Counted from the first letter of the stretch, positions 38,401 through 50,819 are shown. The stretch: 64,000 nucleotides of DNA from Hydrolagus affinis (GCA_012026655.1 JAAILG010001610.1:1-64000), one strand, 5' to 3'. The notes: generated by a model not told the origin, from the sequence alone. A program made the numbers and translations.

Positions 38401-40068
38401 AAAAAAAGCATATTTTTGTTACATGTCGCAGGAATCTTTTGCTTGTCTGTCACACATTATATTTGTAATCAGATCATGGGAATTTCCGAGACAACATAGA
38501 TCTCTACGGTCAACAAAACCAGACAATTGTTTTGAAAAATATCACTTTCCATCATTCGTATACTCTCCCCCATCTTCCCCCGCCATCATTAGACTATCAG
38601 ATTGCTTTTCAAAGCTTCCCTCCTCGCCCTTCAAACTGCATTTCAAACAGCATTCACCACCCTCTGCATGAAACAGTGTTTAACTGTCTGTTCACTCCCA
38701 GATTGTGCTGTTCAGACCATGACACATTTCTGTGACATTTTGTGATTATATTGAACTGGCGACAGCTGATTTATACCTTTTAAGAACTGGAAAATATTAA
38801 TACCATCAACCCCTCAATCTTCCTTTCTCGGATGTAAATATTCCCAATTTCCACAATCTCTCCTCTTGGCTCAGATGCTTAATCCCATAGAGTCGTTAGA
38901 TTTCCTCTTGTTAATATCAAGATATTACTACTAAAGTAAGGACCCCAGAAAGACAGACAATATGTGCAGTCAGAGCAATGCTTGAGCAAGCCAGGTTATT
39001 GTGTCCTTTGACCTCTTGCTCAACATCTTAATACCAGACCTACCTACAAGTGCCCCAGATCCTTCTCCTGGGATGTGTCCTGTATAAATGTGAAAAGCAT
39101 TCCACCATATATATTATATATTATTATGTGTACTGTATATATATTTTAAAAATTGATTAGAAGTGAAATGAAAATTGGCATATAATGGCATTCGCCCATA
39201 AAAATACAGTCACTACAGTTTACAATGTATCCTGTGAATCGTTTGGGGACATCCTGTTGTGAAAGATACCAAATGCAAGGATTATTAAATAATTATAATC
39301 CGCATCAGCAAAATAAACATCCTATTACAGTAATTTGAAAATTTGGTTTAAGAGGGGAACTTAAACTAGATTCACTGAGAGAAAGACTCCATTGTTTGGA
39401 AATAGCGATGGCAAGGCTCTTTATGGCTTCCTAAACAAATCAAAGATGGAATCTAAAATTAAAGAAGAGGAAACTGGAAATAAAACTGTATACAATATAG
39501 ACTGTTGTGTAGGCAGCATCTAATCTGCACCAGCAAGATTACACATTGGAATAAATCTAACATCAGAAATCTATTGTTCAATTTAGATTCCCAATACTTA
39601 AATCCTGAGATCAGCCTCATCACTGTGTATGTATCAATACTAGAGAAAGAATAAACACAGAAAGAATTACAAATGTTTTTTGGAATTTGGTTCTACCCAA
39701 GTTGTGCCTTGTCCACTGGGTCACTGGGTGAAGAAGTACTTTCGATTTGGGAGATGTGACACAGCTGGCATCTACAATGGGCCTTTCCACAGAAAGGCAA
39801 GATGCCAATCACAGTCGAGTCATTAAGTACAATTGTGACTGGTAAGGTGGTAAGCAGATGGGAAGGTGTTTGTTAATGAGAAATGCTCCAAACTACCACA
39901 TGGAAACAGACTTATCAAAGCTGAGGGGCCTGGAACCTCAGGCTGGTTGTTGCTATTCCAGTCTCAGTAATAAGGGCACGGAGCTGGAGTCATCCAAGCT
40001 TTTCAATCGGCACCAATCCTGTTAATGGGACTGAGTGCAAAGCTGAGTTAAACACTCCTGGCGGTTAC

Positions 40069-40392
40069 ATAATAATAATAATCCTTGCATTTGATATAAT
40101 GTTTTTCACATCTTATCGATGTCCCAAAGCGCTTCACAGAATATACTGTAAAGTGAATTGACTGTATATTTGTGGTTGAATCGCAGCAGCCAATTGCGCA
40201 CAGCAGTGCCCCACCAACAGTCGTGGATTTAAATGACCAATTTTATTATTGTGTTTTTTTTTTTGACGGATTATTATTAGGCGTGTGGAGTAAGGAAACT
40301 TGCCCAAGGCTTCGCCCTGACCTGCCTGGATTCGAACACAGGTCTCCCCAGCTTGCAAGACAAGTGCTCTAACCACTGAGCCACAGGAGCTC
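40069..40392 (-). mobile_element. Full-length tRNA-derived SINE
   Basis: Reverse complement closely matches 34566-34878. Confidence 0.92.
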
Positions 40393-41689
40393 TACATACA
40401 TTGTCAATTGAGGCAGATGTCTCTAGTCCTTTACAAATTTTGGCACAGAAACTGAATTGTATGCTTGGTTTGGAAGGAGACAGTTCGTTCGGAATATTTA
40501 TAGGGGAAACTCAGCAGGCATTAGAGGAAAATTAGACAAAAGATTTTAGTATCAAGGTTTGGGGGTTTCTCATTACAAACATATCTTTGATTTATTAATT
40601 TTTACATTACTGTAACCATTTCAACCCAGTTCCCAGTTTGAGGGAGGGAACAGGCAACTCGATTCCTAATTTCAGCAAGTATAGTACAGGAAATTAGATT
40701 AAAACATCTCAATTGCAGAATTTTATCAAATGTGTCAAACAACAAATATTCAGCCACAAAATACCCACAGTCAACACCACTTTACAGTATCTGTGAGGCG
40801 CTTTGAGATACTTTGACCATGTGATAAGACAATGTATCAAATGCCAGTATTATTATTATATTATAATCCCATCTGAAATTCCAATAATGATATCCACTCA
40901 ATATCCTAAATCCCTTGTGTAGTTACTTGCTTAAAGATTCTTGTAGATTTGTGAGAGATGGTCTATTGCTTCTATGTCTATATTGGCCATTCCTCGGAGA
41001 TCAGTGCATTTAAACAAACACTGGTACCATCCCATAAAATACTTCAAGCATGTTCTCCTCTATTAGGATAGTTGGTCTATAATCTCCAAGTCTTACTTGT
41101 CTATCAGATATAAATATAACATTGGTTTCCAAACAGAAACATAACGTTAGTTGATGAGATTGGTTTTGAATTAATTCTTGCCGATAACAACTGCTATGAC
41201 CACCTCATGTAATATTATATCTACTGAACATTTTTGCTATTTAGAGGCGTTGTGCTGTGTACACCTCAATTCTAGAATATATATATAGTTCTACCAATAT
41301 AGGTACGATTTATCCACAACAAAAATTAACAAGCCGCAAAAGTGATTCCAATTCCCTTTAACCCAAGTAAGGAAGCCTTTAGTCCGAATCTCTAACTGAT
41401 CAATTTGGATTTGAAGAATAAACAGCTACAATCTAGATTAATGGTGATATTGCCTGGTCAGAGCAAGGAACAGCCGACGGTGACAGCTTGTAAGTATACA
41501 GTGCGATTGCTTTAATACTGAGGATTTGTCACAGTAAATCTGAGCCTCAACAACATGGCAGATAGCAATTCTGATTACAGCCAAGAACCCTCAGTTCGTG
41601 GTGCATGCAGTTTTGGAGCAGATGAAATCATCAAAGGACTGTCGAGAACGTACGTCTCAGATTAATGAAAATAATCCTCCATCCAGAAG

Positions 41690-42015
41690 GTATCAGGTTC
41701 ATTTCTAGTCTGCGCTGATTTAGCAGAAGTCTTATTTCTGATTTGGCTTCAGTGCCTCTGGGCTGGGGTTGGGAGGTGCTTGGGCGGGGGTTATAAATGC
41801 TGTTTCTTTACCTGATCCCTATCCAGAAACCCTATGTTTCGGACATCGAGTTAGGACAATGACAATTGTAATGCTCAGCAGAGTTACAAAACCTGCCAAT
41901 GCGCATTGTCACACATACTGCCCGATCACCTAGCTATAGGTCCATGGAACTGGATCCATGGCTACAGGTCCATGGAACTGTCAATCGTTAATCAATCCCT
42001 TGAAGAAAGAAAATA
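41690..42015 (+). mobile_element. Old SINE-like repeat of a separate family (related reverse copies near 24700-25020, 27810-27940, 48935-49060)
   Basis: TTGGCTTCAGTGCCTCTGGGCTGGGG here resembles the reverse complement of 48938-48963 (TTGGCCTCAGCACCTTGTGTTAGAGAG); the copies are highly diverged and the family is not named. Confidence 0.4.
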
Positions 42016-42289
42016 ATGAATCAGATTCCATTGCCTTCACCGCACATTTCAATTTGATATCCATTTTTCCTTTCATTTAAAGAAATTATGTAACAGCCGA
42101 TTTTTGTTTCAGGCGTGCCAGATAAGGCAGAGCTTACTGTACTGTGTACTGTGATTGATAGGAGCTTTGCAAAATATTTAGCTGGTTGAGTGGTTAGTAT
42201 TGATCTTTGCCATCTCTGCAGAAAAGAGGCAGACTGTCAACCAGAGAAAGAACGGGCGGGTGGAATGATGAGAAAATAAGAAATAGGAT

Positions 42290-42456
42290 GTGTGTGAGAG
42301 AATGAGAAAGAGAGAGAGAGAGAGATGACACAGATGACAACATTGAAATTGATAAACTGGTTGGAAGAGAACAGATATGAAAACCTAGAAGGAGGGAAAG
42401 AAAAGGCAAATGTATAAATTATATAGAGAGAGAGAGACACACACACACATACACAC
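42290..42456. repeat. (GA)n and (GA)n(CA)n microsatellites
   Basis: Visible dinucleotide runs at about 42290-42325 and 42425-42456. Confidence 0.85.
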
Positions 42457-42691
42457 CAACAAAATGCAAGCAAGTGAGATGGAACACAACCACGTGAACA
42501 CCTATAGTAGGAAGGGCAGTAATATTCTAGGATTACTTGTCTAAATCCTTTAAGATTTTATATATTTCAGCATAATTCCCACCAAACATTCTGCACTGGA
42601 GACTGCATATATAATAATAATCATTGCATTTGATACAGACAGTGCTTGATCAGGTGAAAATGTTTCATATAATTTTTTTGTAAAGTGTAGC

Positions 42692-43720
42692 ATCAACAAA
42701 ATTACACTTGTATAGTGTCTTTCACGTCGGGAGGACATCCTATGCGCTGGACAGTCAGTGTTTCAGATCCAAGCTGGGGTCGGGATTGGGATGGGTGAAG
42801 GGAAAGGATGGGATTTGGGGTGACCGATGGGACCATCGAAGAGGAGGGTCTTGAGGTGGGACTTGAAGGAAGCCAGGGAGGGGGCAAGGCGGAAGGACTG
42901 TGGGATAAAATTCCAGAGGTTGGTGATGGGTTAGGCAGCTGCAGAGGTAGGGTGGGGCAAGGCCATGGAGGGCTTTGAAGGTGAGGACCAGGATCTTTAA
43001 TTGAATCCTCTGGGTGATGGGGAGCCAATGGGGTTGGGTGAGAATGGGGGAAGATGGGGTCACGGGGCTTGGAGCAGTAGATGATACATGCCGCATAGTT
43101 CTGCATTATCAGCAGCCTATGGAGGGAGGAAATGGGAAGACTGACAAGCAGGCCATTGGCGTAGTCAAGCCTGGATGTGTTGAAGGTATGAATGGGAATA
43201 TCAGTGGCCTGAGGGGTGAAGTATTGATGGAGTCGGGAAATATTGCGGAGTTGAGTGAAGGCAGAGTGGGTCATGGCTTGGATGTAGGGGAGGAAAGACA
43301 GTTGAGGATTGAACAAGACATCTAGGTTCCTGACTGGCTTGGTGAGGTGGAGAGTGCAATCGTGGAGGTTGATGCTGCCAGTGTTTGATGTGTGAATGCT
43401 CTGGTACAAGCCGATCCAGAGGGCCTCTGCCTTGTTGACTTTCAACTGTAGAAAGTTAGCTCTCATCCAGGCCTTGATGTCTGACAGGCAGTCTGTCCAG
43501 TGATCCTGGAATCGAGTGTAGAGGCAGAAAGATTGAGTTGGGTGTCATCCGCTTACATATGGAACTTGACCCTGTGTCTGCAGATGATATCACCAAGGGG
43601 GAGCACGTAGATATTGAAAAGTGGGGGGCCAAGGACAGAGCCCTGGGGGACGCCACAGGTGACAATCTGGCAGCTGGAGGGAAGCCATTGGTGGCGACAA
43701 AGTGGAGACAGTGAGAAAGG
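42692..43720 (-). mobile_element. L2-clade LINE 3' 1 kb (family A)
   Basis: [13 protein letters not shown], (M)*ADDTQ, WMRANFLQLKVNKAEAL, SRLDYANGLL, RIQLKILVLTFKALHGLAPPYL; tail at 42692. Confidence 0.9.
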
Positions 43721-43845
43721 TGAGAAGGAGCACCCTCTCCAACACTTGAAGGAGCACAGTCAGTTCAACAGAGTGTCAGATATTTCTATACCTTGATAGT
43801 GTAGTATAGTCACAATGCCTTTTTTAAAATAAAAAGTAGAGGAAG

Positions 43846-44156
43846 TAATAATAATAATAATCCTTGCATTTGATATAGCGCTTTTCACATCTAATCGACG
43901 GCCCAAAGTGCTTCACAGAATATACTGTAAAGTGAATTGACTGTATATTTGTGGGCAAAATTCAGCAGCCATTTGCGCACAGCAGTGTCCCACAAACAGT
44001 TGTGAATTGAGTGACCAAATTATTATTTTAATTTTTTTTGGAGGGATTATTATTAGGCGTGTGGAGTAAGGAAACTAGGTTTCGCCTTGCCTGGAATTGA
44101 ACCCAGCTCTCTCGCTTGTAAGTGAGAGTGCTCTATCCACTGAACTACAGGACTCC
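43846..44156 (-). mobile_element. Full-length tRNA-derived SINE
   Basis: Family consensus on the minus strand with (ATT)n tail. Confidence 0.92.
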
Positions 44157-44185
44157 AAGAACAACATACATAACATTAGTTTAAC

Positions 44186-44247
44186 CAACAACAAAATTAC
44201 ATTTATAGAGCGCCTTTCACGTCGGGAGGACGTCCCAAGACGCTGAA
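44186..44247 (-). mobile_element. Tail-only L2 family A insertion
   Basis: CAACAACAAAATTACATTTATAGAGCGCCTTTCACGTCGGGAGGACGTCCCAAGACGCTGAA. Confidence 0.85.
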
Positions 44248-45164
44248 GTCCCAATAAGTCTCATGGTTTAAGTTCCATGTAAGAGTCTGACCTAAAATAA
44301 ATCTGCACAGCCTCAACCCAACTCAACAACAATAGACTTGCAGCTCAATACTGCCCTTTGTACTGAATAATACTCAAACAGGAGGAGTGTTCGAAATAGA
44401 AACATCTTACACTGGGCAGTAAAGTAAAGAGATTGGCAAAGTAGAGAGAGAGCTTCATTCACATTGTAACTGACCAAACTCTGAAGCACTCAGTGCAGCC
44501 ACCAGGTGCTTGAAATGGGAAATGCTTTTACGTTCCTTATAACTGTTCCACATGATCCCTCACTACTGGAATGAGACCAACAAAATGTAAGATTTATTCT
44601 TACCTGTAATCCATTGTTTACCATCTCTTTGTACAGAACTAATCATAGTTAACACCAGCTTGAAGATGATCACTGGAAAGCAATTAGCCGATGATCAATT
44701 GGTGCTGATAAATGGAGATCAATGCTAACTCCTTCTTGTATCCTTCAGGGAAATCTCTGTGAATCAGGAATGTGTCCATTTATTTTTTCAATGTTTTAAC
44801 TAAGTCTGCATCGACCCAGTCACAAGTCCCCAATTTATCTCACTGTCTGAAACAGCTTCAACCCTGAAACAATTATCCATTTTCTTAAGGTTCCTTTTAT
44901 TTTACAAACAAGTCCAACTGCTTGCTCCTGATGAATGCAACAACCTCCACATATCAATTAACATCATCCGTTTGAAATATGAACCAGAATTGCTAGTCCA
45001 CCCCTCACAATCAGATCAGCTCCTTTTAGTTGATCATCACAGATTATTGAAATACAAATGTTGTATTGCTTTTTTCAAACAGTTTTTTTTCAGAAGTACT
45101 GTACAAGGATCAAAGTTGAACTCCTATTTCAATTTATCAAAACTGTTTTTAGATAAATAATGAT

Positions 45165-45388
45165 GATACCGGAAATCTGAGACAAAAACAGAAGTAGCTG
45201 GGCACACTCGGCAAGTCGGGCAGCATCTATGGAGAAAGGAAAGTGAATCAACATTTCAGGTCCACAACCCTTCATCAAAATGTTAACTCACTTTCCTTTC
45301 TCCATAGATGTTGCTTGACCTATCAAGTGTTCCCAGTGATTTCTGCTTTTGTCTCAGATTTCCAGTATCTGCAGTATGTTGCATTTCA
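45165..45388. mobile_element. Palindromic mini-Penelope (two inverted terminal fragments)
   Basis: 45165-45260 and 45278-45370 are imperfect reverse complements, each matching the PLE 3' terminus. Confidence 0.8.
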
Positions 45389-45943
45389 TTAGTACTTAAG
45401 TGGAAGTCTGTCTGTATGACTGCGAAACCAATTTTTTACATTCCCCTGGAGGTATGTTAACTAGCTTGGTTTTGTGTTAGATTAGCGCATACCTTTACTA
45501 GTTCACTTGTAAAATTGGTTACAAATTCAATTTCATCTGAGATTAGACCCAATTGGCCATTTCCTCAACTTTATTATTTAGTCATAGGGGAAAACTCCCA
45601 GATTCTTCCAAATTGTCATATTGATCAGTGAGTAAAATGTTTCTTGATACTACAATTCAGTTTTGGAATGTGTGTTCACTTGGGCTGGAAAAAGGCAGAT
45701 TTTGCCTCTGGTATAGAATCTTGTTAGGGTTAGAAACTAACACTCACTGAGGGTATGTGTTGGTCCAATTGTGGAAGCATTCACCCCCAAACTCTGGGGT
45801 CCCCAAGTCTTGGTTCTTGCTAATCTGCGTCTAACACCTTCCAAATTTAGGTAATAATATTAAGAATGCTTGCATTTGATACAATGCCTTATCATGTCTT
45901 TGAGACGTCTCAAAGCGCTTCGCAGAATATACTGTAAAGTGAA

Positions 45944-46726
45944 ACAAAAACAGAAGTTGCTGGGGAAACTCAGCAGGTCATGCAGCATCCATGGAGAAAG
46001 GAAAATGAGTCAACGTTTCAGGTCAGAACTGGGGCTTATTTGGAGGGAGGGGCTTTTAAGGATGTTAGAGGGGGAGAGGCAGGACATGGAAGACAAAGGA
46101 GACAAAGAAGACAAAGACAAAGGAAAAAGAAAACAGAGTGTGTTAACTGATGGGTTGAAAATGTGATAACGATATAAGGGGGAGAAACAACAGGGAATGG
46201 GTTTAAATGAAACTGGGGAGAAGAGGTGTTTAGTGGTGATAGAACAAACAAAACACCAGAGAGGCAAGGGGTATCTGGAGTTATGATTGTGATGGGGGAG
46301 AGGGTGGGGAAGGGGAAGCCCTTATGGCCTGAAATGGCTGAAATCAATATTGAGGCCAGATGGCTGAAGGGTGTCCACTAGATAGATGAGGTGCTGTTCC
46401 TCAAGCTTTTGCTGTGGGTCACTGGAACAGCGCAGGAGACCATGGATCGAAAGATCAGCCTCTGAATGTGAGCGCAAGTTGAAATGTACGGAAGGTCAAC
46501 CTTGATCTTCAGTCTCCCTCCATTCCATGTCCTGCCTCTCCCCCTCTATTCCATGTTCTTAAAAACCTCTCCCACCAAACAAGCCCCAGTTCTGACGAAG
46601 GGTTGTAGACCTGAAACATTGACTCGCTTTCCTTTCTCCATGGATGCTGCCTGACCTGCTGAGTTTCCCCAGCAACTTCTGTTTTTGTTTCAGATTCCCA
46701 GCAACTGTAGTATTTTGTGTTTTGAA
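45944..46726. mobile_element. Penelope-like element, 5'-truncated with inverted terminal repeat
   Basis: Minus strand 46490-46322 reads VHFNLRSHSEADLSIHGLLRCSSDPQQKLEEQHLIYLVDTLQPSGLNIDFSHFRP*, a PLE GIY-YIG endonuclease C-terminus. 46511-46726 is an inverted copy of the 3' end. Direct repeat ACTGTAAAGTGAA flanks it at 45931-45943 and 46727-46739. Confidence 0.88.
46588..46624 (+). ncRNA. Minimal type I hammerhead ribozyme motif in PLE terminal repeat
   Basis: AGTT-CTGACGA-A-GGGTT-GTA-GACCT-GAAA-CATT-GACT: conserved core, stem II, stem I AGUU/GACU. Stem III carries CA instead of CG. Confidence 0.7.
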
Positions 46727-47131
46727 ACTGTAAAGTGAATTCACTACATTTTGTGGGCGAAATGCGGCAGGGAAATGTAAATCTACCTCTGGAAGTTCCA
46801 TGTGTAGTTGGGATGCATGGAATTCTGAGTTTGGTTTGGATATTCTTAATCATAGAGATGGATTTCCGCATGTGTCAAAGACCCCTCTGAGCAAAGAAAG
46901 CATTGTATAATTGTAAGGAGCCTTTTTGTTTTGGTCAGCTAGGTGTTTGACATGCAGCAACTGATACTTAACAGTATCCAAACTGAGAGTATCCAAAACA
47001 AAACTCCCATAACTAAGGACATATGGGATAGTGGCTTTCATTGAGACATACCTGGGCATGAATTGACATCTTCAGGGGAGAACAGGAACAATTTCAAAAA
47101 TTCTAGATGGTCAGAGTTAGCTAAGATTTAT

Positions 47132-47856
47132 GGATTTGTGTAGCTCAGTGGTTAGATTCCTCGCCTTACAACAACAACAACAACAAATTGCACTTATATA
47201 GCGCCTTTCACGTCGGGAGGACATCCCAAAGCGCTGAACAGTCTGGTCGGGACCCGAGCGGGGGGGTGGAGGGTGGGGGAGGGTCGGAGTAGGGGGAAGG
47301 AGAAGGAGAGGGGGAGAGGGGGAAGAGTTAGTGGGGCAGCCGAAGGCGCGGTTGAAGAGGAAGGTCTTGAGACCGGCCTTGAAGGAGGAAAGGGAGGAAG
47401 CGAGGCGGAGGGGCTGCAGGATGGAGTTCCACAGTGTGGGAACAGAGAGGCTGAAAGCCCAGCCGCCGATGGTTGGGCGGTTAGGGCAATGGACACGGAG
47501 CAGGCCTGAGTCTGCTGAACGGAGGATGCGGGCAGGCTGATAGGGAGACAGTAGGTCAGAGAGATAGGAGGGGGCAAGGCTGTGAATGGCCTTGAAAGTG
47601 AGGGACCTGTGTTCAATTTCAGGCAGGGCGAAACCTTGGGCAAGTTTCCTTACTCCACATGCCTGATAATAATCCCTCAAGAGAAAAAACAATAATAAAT
47701 TGGTCATTTCAATTCACGACTGTTTGTGGGACATAATTGGCTGCCTTGTTTTGCCCACAAAACATAGTCAGTTGATTGTACAGTATATTCTGTGAGCACT
47801 TTGAGACAACTAGAAGATGTGAAAAGTGCTACATCAAATGCAAGGATTATTATTAT
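47132..47856 (+). mobile_element. tRNA-derived SINE split by an antisense L2 insertion
   Basis: Head at 47132-47170 (TAGCTCAGTGGTTAG...GCCTTACAA); resumes near 47597 (AAGTGAGGGACCTGTGTTCAATTTC) and runs to the (ATT)n tail. Confidence 0.88.
47169..47602 (-). mobile_element. Young L2 family A 3' fragment
   Basis: LTFKAIHSLAPSYLSDLLSPYQPARILRSADSGLL...GGWAFS...LWNS...FKAGLKTFLFNRAF; (CAA)n tail; CpG-rich. Confidence 0.92.
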
Positions 47857-49157
47857 ATAACAGATATGTTCTAAAGTATTAAAATTGACAAACCACAGAC
47901 ATTGTTAAAAATTGGATGTGATAACCTCTGACTTCCTTTGGCTCACATCACTATGGCCCTCCATAAACATGGCAGCTTCTGTAGCAAAGAGTAAAACCAA
48001 CTTTTTGCCCAAATATGACTAAGCATCTCAAATTAGAAATAGTTTGGGACAAATATGTAATTCTCTTCCGACTGTCAACTTCGCTTCCATACACAGTGAA
48101 GATGATTGAATCGCGGAGACTGCAATTATTTGATTGATTGATGTCTTTAGGTTTCATTCTTCCTTGAACTTGTCAAATCTTCTATCAATAATTCTCTCCT
48201 GAATTATCAGCAGAACATAATTTCCCACCAAGGAAGAGATTAAATTACTTTAAATTCTCTTGCTCCAATGGGTAACATACAACTTCAAATCTGATAGCTT
48301 TATTTTGTGTTGCAGACCGACTGTACTCGGCTAGTGCTGAATCTTACATCTGATGCCTTCAACCAGAAGTTGCTGGTTTCAATCCAGCTTTAGGGAACTC
48401 TTCATTGCCAACACTCTTGATCAAGTTGACAACAGTTCTAATCAACCTTATGGAGCACGCAGAAGAAGTGTCTTAAAGAGAAAGCTTCTCGATTCACATC
48501 TGGCCTCGGGAACTCTTTTCTTTCCAGCACAGTGGATCGAGAGGACAGTGCTACAAATCAATGTGATGGAGCAGGCAAGTGCAACAGCTCAGGAGTGAGA
48601 GGTCTGGTTTCAGACTGAAAGATGCAAGATTTCAGTGCAAAACATCCCGATTTGTGAATGATTTTTTCATTTCAACATTTTAGTTTTCAGAAGATAGCAG
48701 CCCCCACTGAAAACCTGCCTTAGAACTGATGAAAACGGGAATCATTTGCATTGAATTTTACTTTGCGTTTTCTGCACCGTTAAAGTTGATCATGAATTTT
48801 ATTCATTGCGCTCGCTGCATTGTATTGATCGGGTTGAAAGGGTAACTGTGTGATTCACGTTTAACCTTGATTATTCTCCAGCAAAATCACTCGTAACATT
48901 AGGAGTTTCATTTTTCATTTGGGTGTTTGATTTTTCCTCTCTAACACAAGGTGCTGAGGCCAATTATAGAGTTCAATCTTAGATCAGCTGACATAGAACA
49001 GACAAGTGATCAAACCTTGGACGTTTCTGTGGCTCGGAGATTATTCAGTGAGCATCTCAAGATTCCTATTCCTGGTCACTATGAGTCACTGCATAATGTG
49101 CTTATACAAGCAATAGGATCAAGATCAGCTGTGATGGCTCCCCAACCGAATAACATG

Positions 49158-50569
49158 CTGGATCTATCCACCGCTTTTGACACAGTTGATCAGGCGTTCC
49201 TCTTCCACCACCTGTCCTCTGTCATCCACCTCAATGGGATCACACTCTCCTGGTTCAAGTCCTACCTCACAAACCGCCAGCAGTACATCTCCGCAAACGG
49301 CTTTTCCTCCCGCTCTCACCCAGTTACCTGTGGGGTACCCCAGGGATCCATCCTTGGTCCCCTTCTCTTCCTTATCTACATGCTCCCTCTTGGGGATGTC
49401 TTCCGCAGACATGGGCTACACTTCCACATGTATGCGGATGACACCCAACTCTATTTCTCCACCTCACTTTGCGACCCCCCAGTCCCACCGGCCTGTCAGA
49501 CATCAGGAGCTGGATGAGCGCGAATTTCCTTCAGCTAAATGTTGACAAGATGGAAGCCATACTCTTTGGCTCTCGTCATCATATTCAATCCCACAGCTCT
49601 CACCTACTCTATCTACCAGACTTGTTCCTAAAACTCTCCGAACCCCTAAGCATCAGGTTTGATCCCCAATTATCCTTCCTCTCCCACATCTGGTCCTTAA
49701 CCAGCATCACTTTCTTCCATTCCGACGCATTGCCCATCTCTGCCAATATCCCACCTCAATCCCGCAGAAACTGTGATCCATGCATGCTCTACCATTCATA
49801 AAATCTAGGTTATCCAAAATTCTGCCACCCGCATTCGCACCCAAACCAAATTCTCTCACCGATTAATCCAGTCCTTGCTAGACTGCACTGGCTCCCTGTG
49901 TCGGAGACGATCGATTTCAAGATCTTCACTCTTGTTTTCAAATCCCTCCACTCCTCTGCACCCCCCTACCTTTTCCTCCTCTCTCCTCACAAACCGCCAG
50001 CAGTACTATCTGTTGCCTTCACTCTACTGGGTCTGGCCTCTTCCTTGTTCCCCAAATTCACCACTCCACCATCGGCAGCCGTGCCTTCAGCCACTACAAC
50101 AACAACAACAAAATTACATTTATAGAGCGCCTTTCACGTCAGGAGGACTTCCCAAGTCGCTGAACAGTCAGGTCGGGACCCGAGCAGGGAGGTAAGGGGT
50201 CGGGGTAGGGGGAAGGAGAGTAGGAGAGGGGGAAGAGTTAGGATGGGGGCAGAAGGCACGGTTGAAGAGGAAGGTCTTGAGACCGGCCTTGAAGGAGGAA
50301 AGGAAGGAAGAAGCGAGGCGAAGGGATTGCGGGATGGAGTTCCAGAGTGTGGGGGCAGACGCCCTGAGGCTCTGGAACTCCCTTCCTCACTCCCTTCGCC
50401 TCACCCCCACTCTTCCTATTTTCAGGTCTCGGCTAAAGACCTTTCTTTTCAACCGCGCTTTTGGTCACCTTTTTCTCCCTCCCCCTGGCTTCGCCCTGAG
50501 ATCCGTTAATGCGCTCTGAGACGCCGTTCGGCATGGAGGGCGCTATATAAATCAAAGTTGTTGTTGTTG
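49158..50569 (+). mobile_element. L2 family B 3' fragment with RT, interrupted at 50097-50358
   Basis: LDLSTAFDTVD, WFKSYL, GVPQGSILGPLLFLIYMLPLG, MYADDTQLY; ends with stem-loop and (TTG)n. Confidence 0.92.
50097..50358 (-). mobile_element. L2 family A 3' fragment nested in family B copy
   Basis: (CAA)n tail and 3' UTR matching 47169-47440; the host sequence resumes at GCCCTGAGGCTCTGGAACTCC. Confidence 0.9.
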
Positions 50570-50819
50570 CAATTTGCTAACAAGACTCACATTAATAATG
50601 TCATTTGGTGAAATAGTAATAGTTGTGTGGAACAATGGAAGTATAAGCAGAGAAAGCCAGGTAGGTAATTATTGAGCAGAGTCTCACCTATTTATATTAA
50701 CAATATAATTCTTGCAATAAAAACGGAAATCACTGGTAACTCGCAACAGGTCAGGCAGAATCTATGGAGAGACAAAACTTAATTAAGATTTCAGATTGAT
50801 GACAATTTGCCAGAACTGC

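Larger units (their letters stand above)
45852..46772 (-). mobile_element. 3' SINE fragment interrupted by a Penelope insertion
   Basis: SINE sequence runs 45852-45943 and resumes at 46727-46772. Confidence 0.75.

Noticed and set aside
41930-41982. Short direct repeats with spacer (CRISPR-like), also 52113-52138 and 53592-53615
   Set aside because: Simple two-copy local duplications in eukaryotic DNA, with no array or cas genes.
42702-43466. 254-aa ORF as a host gene
   Set aside because: Frameshifted L2 ORF2 remnant.
48951-49517. 188-aa ORF with RT motifs as a domesticated reverse transcriptase
   Set aside because: Non-ATG start in unrelated repeat sequence, truncated RT and a frameshift soon after YADD.
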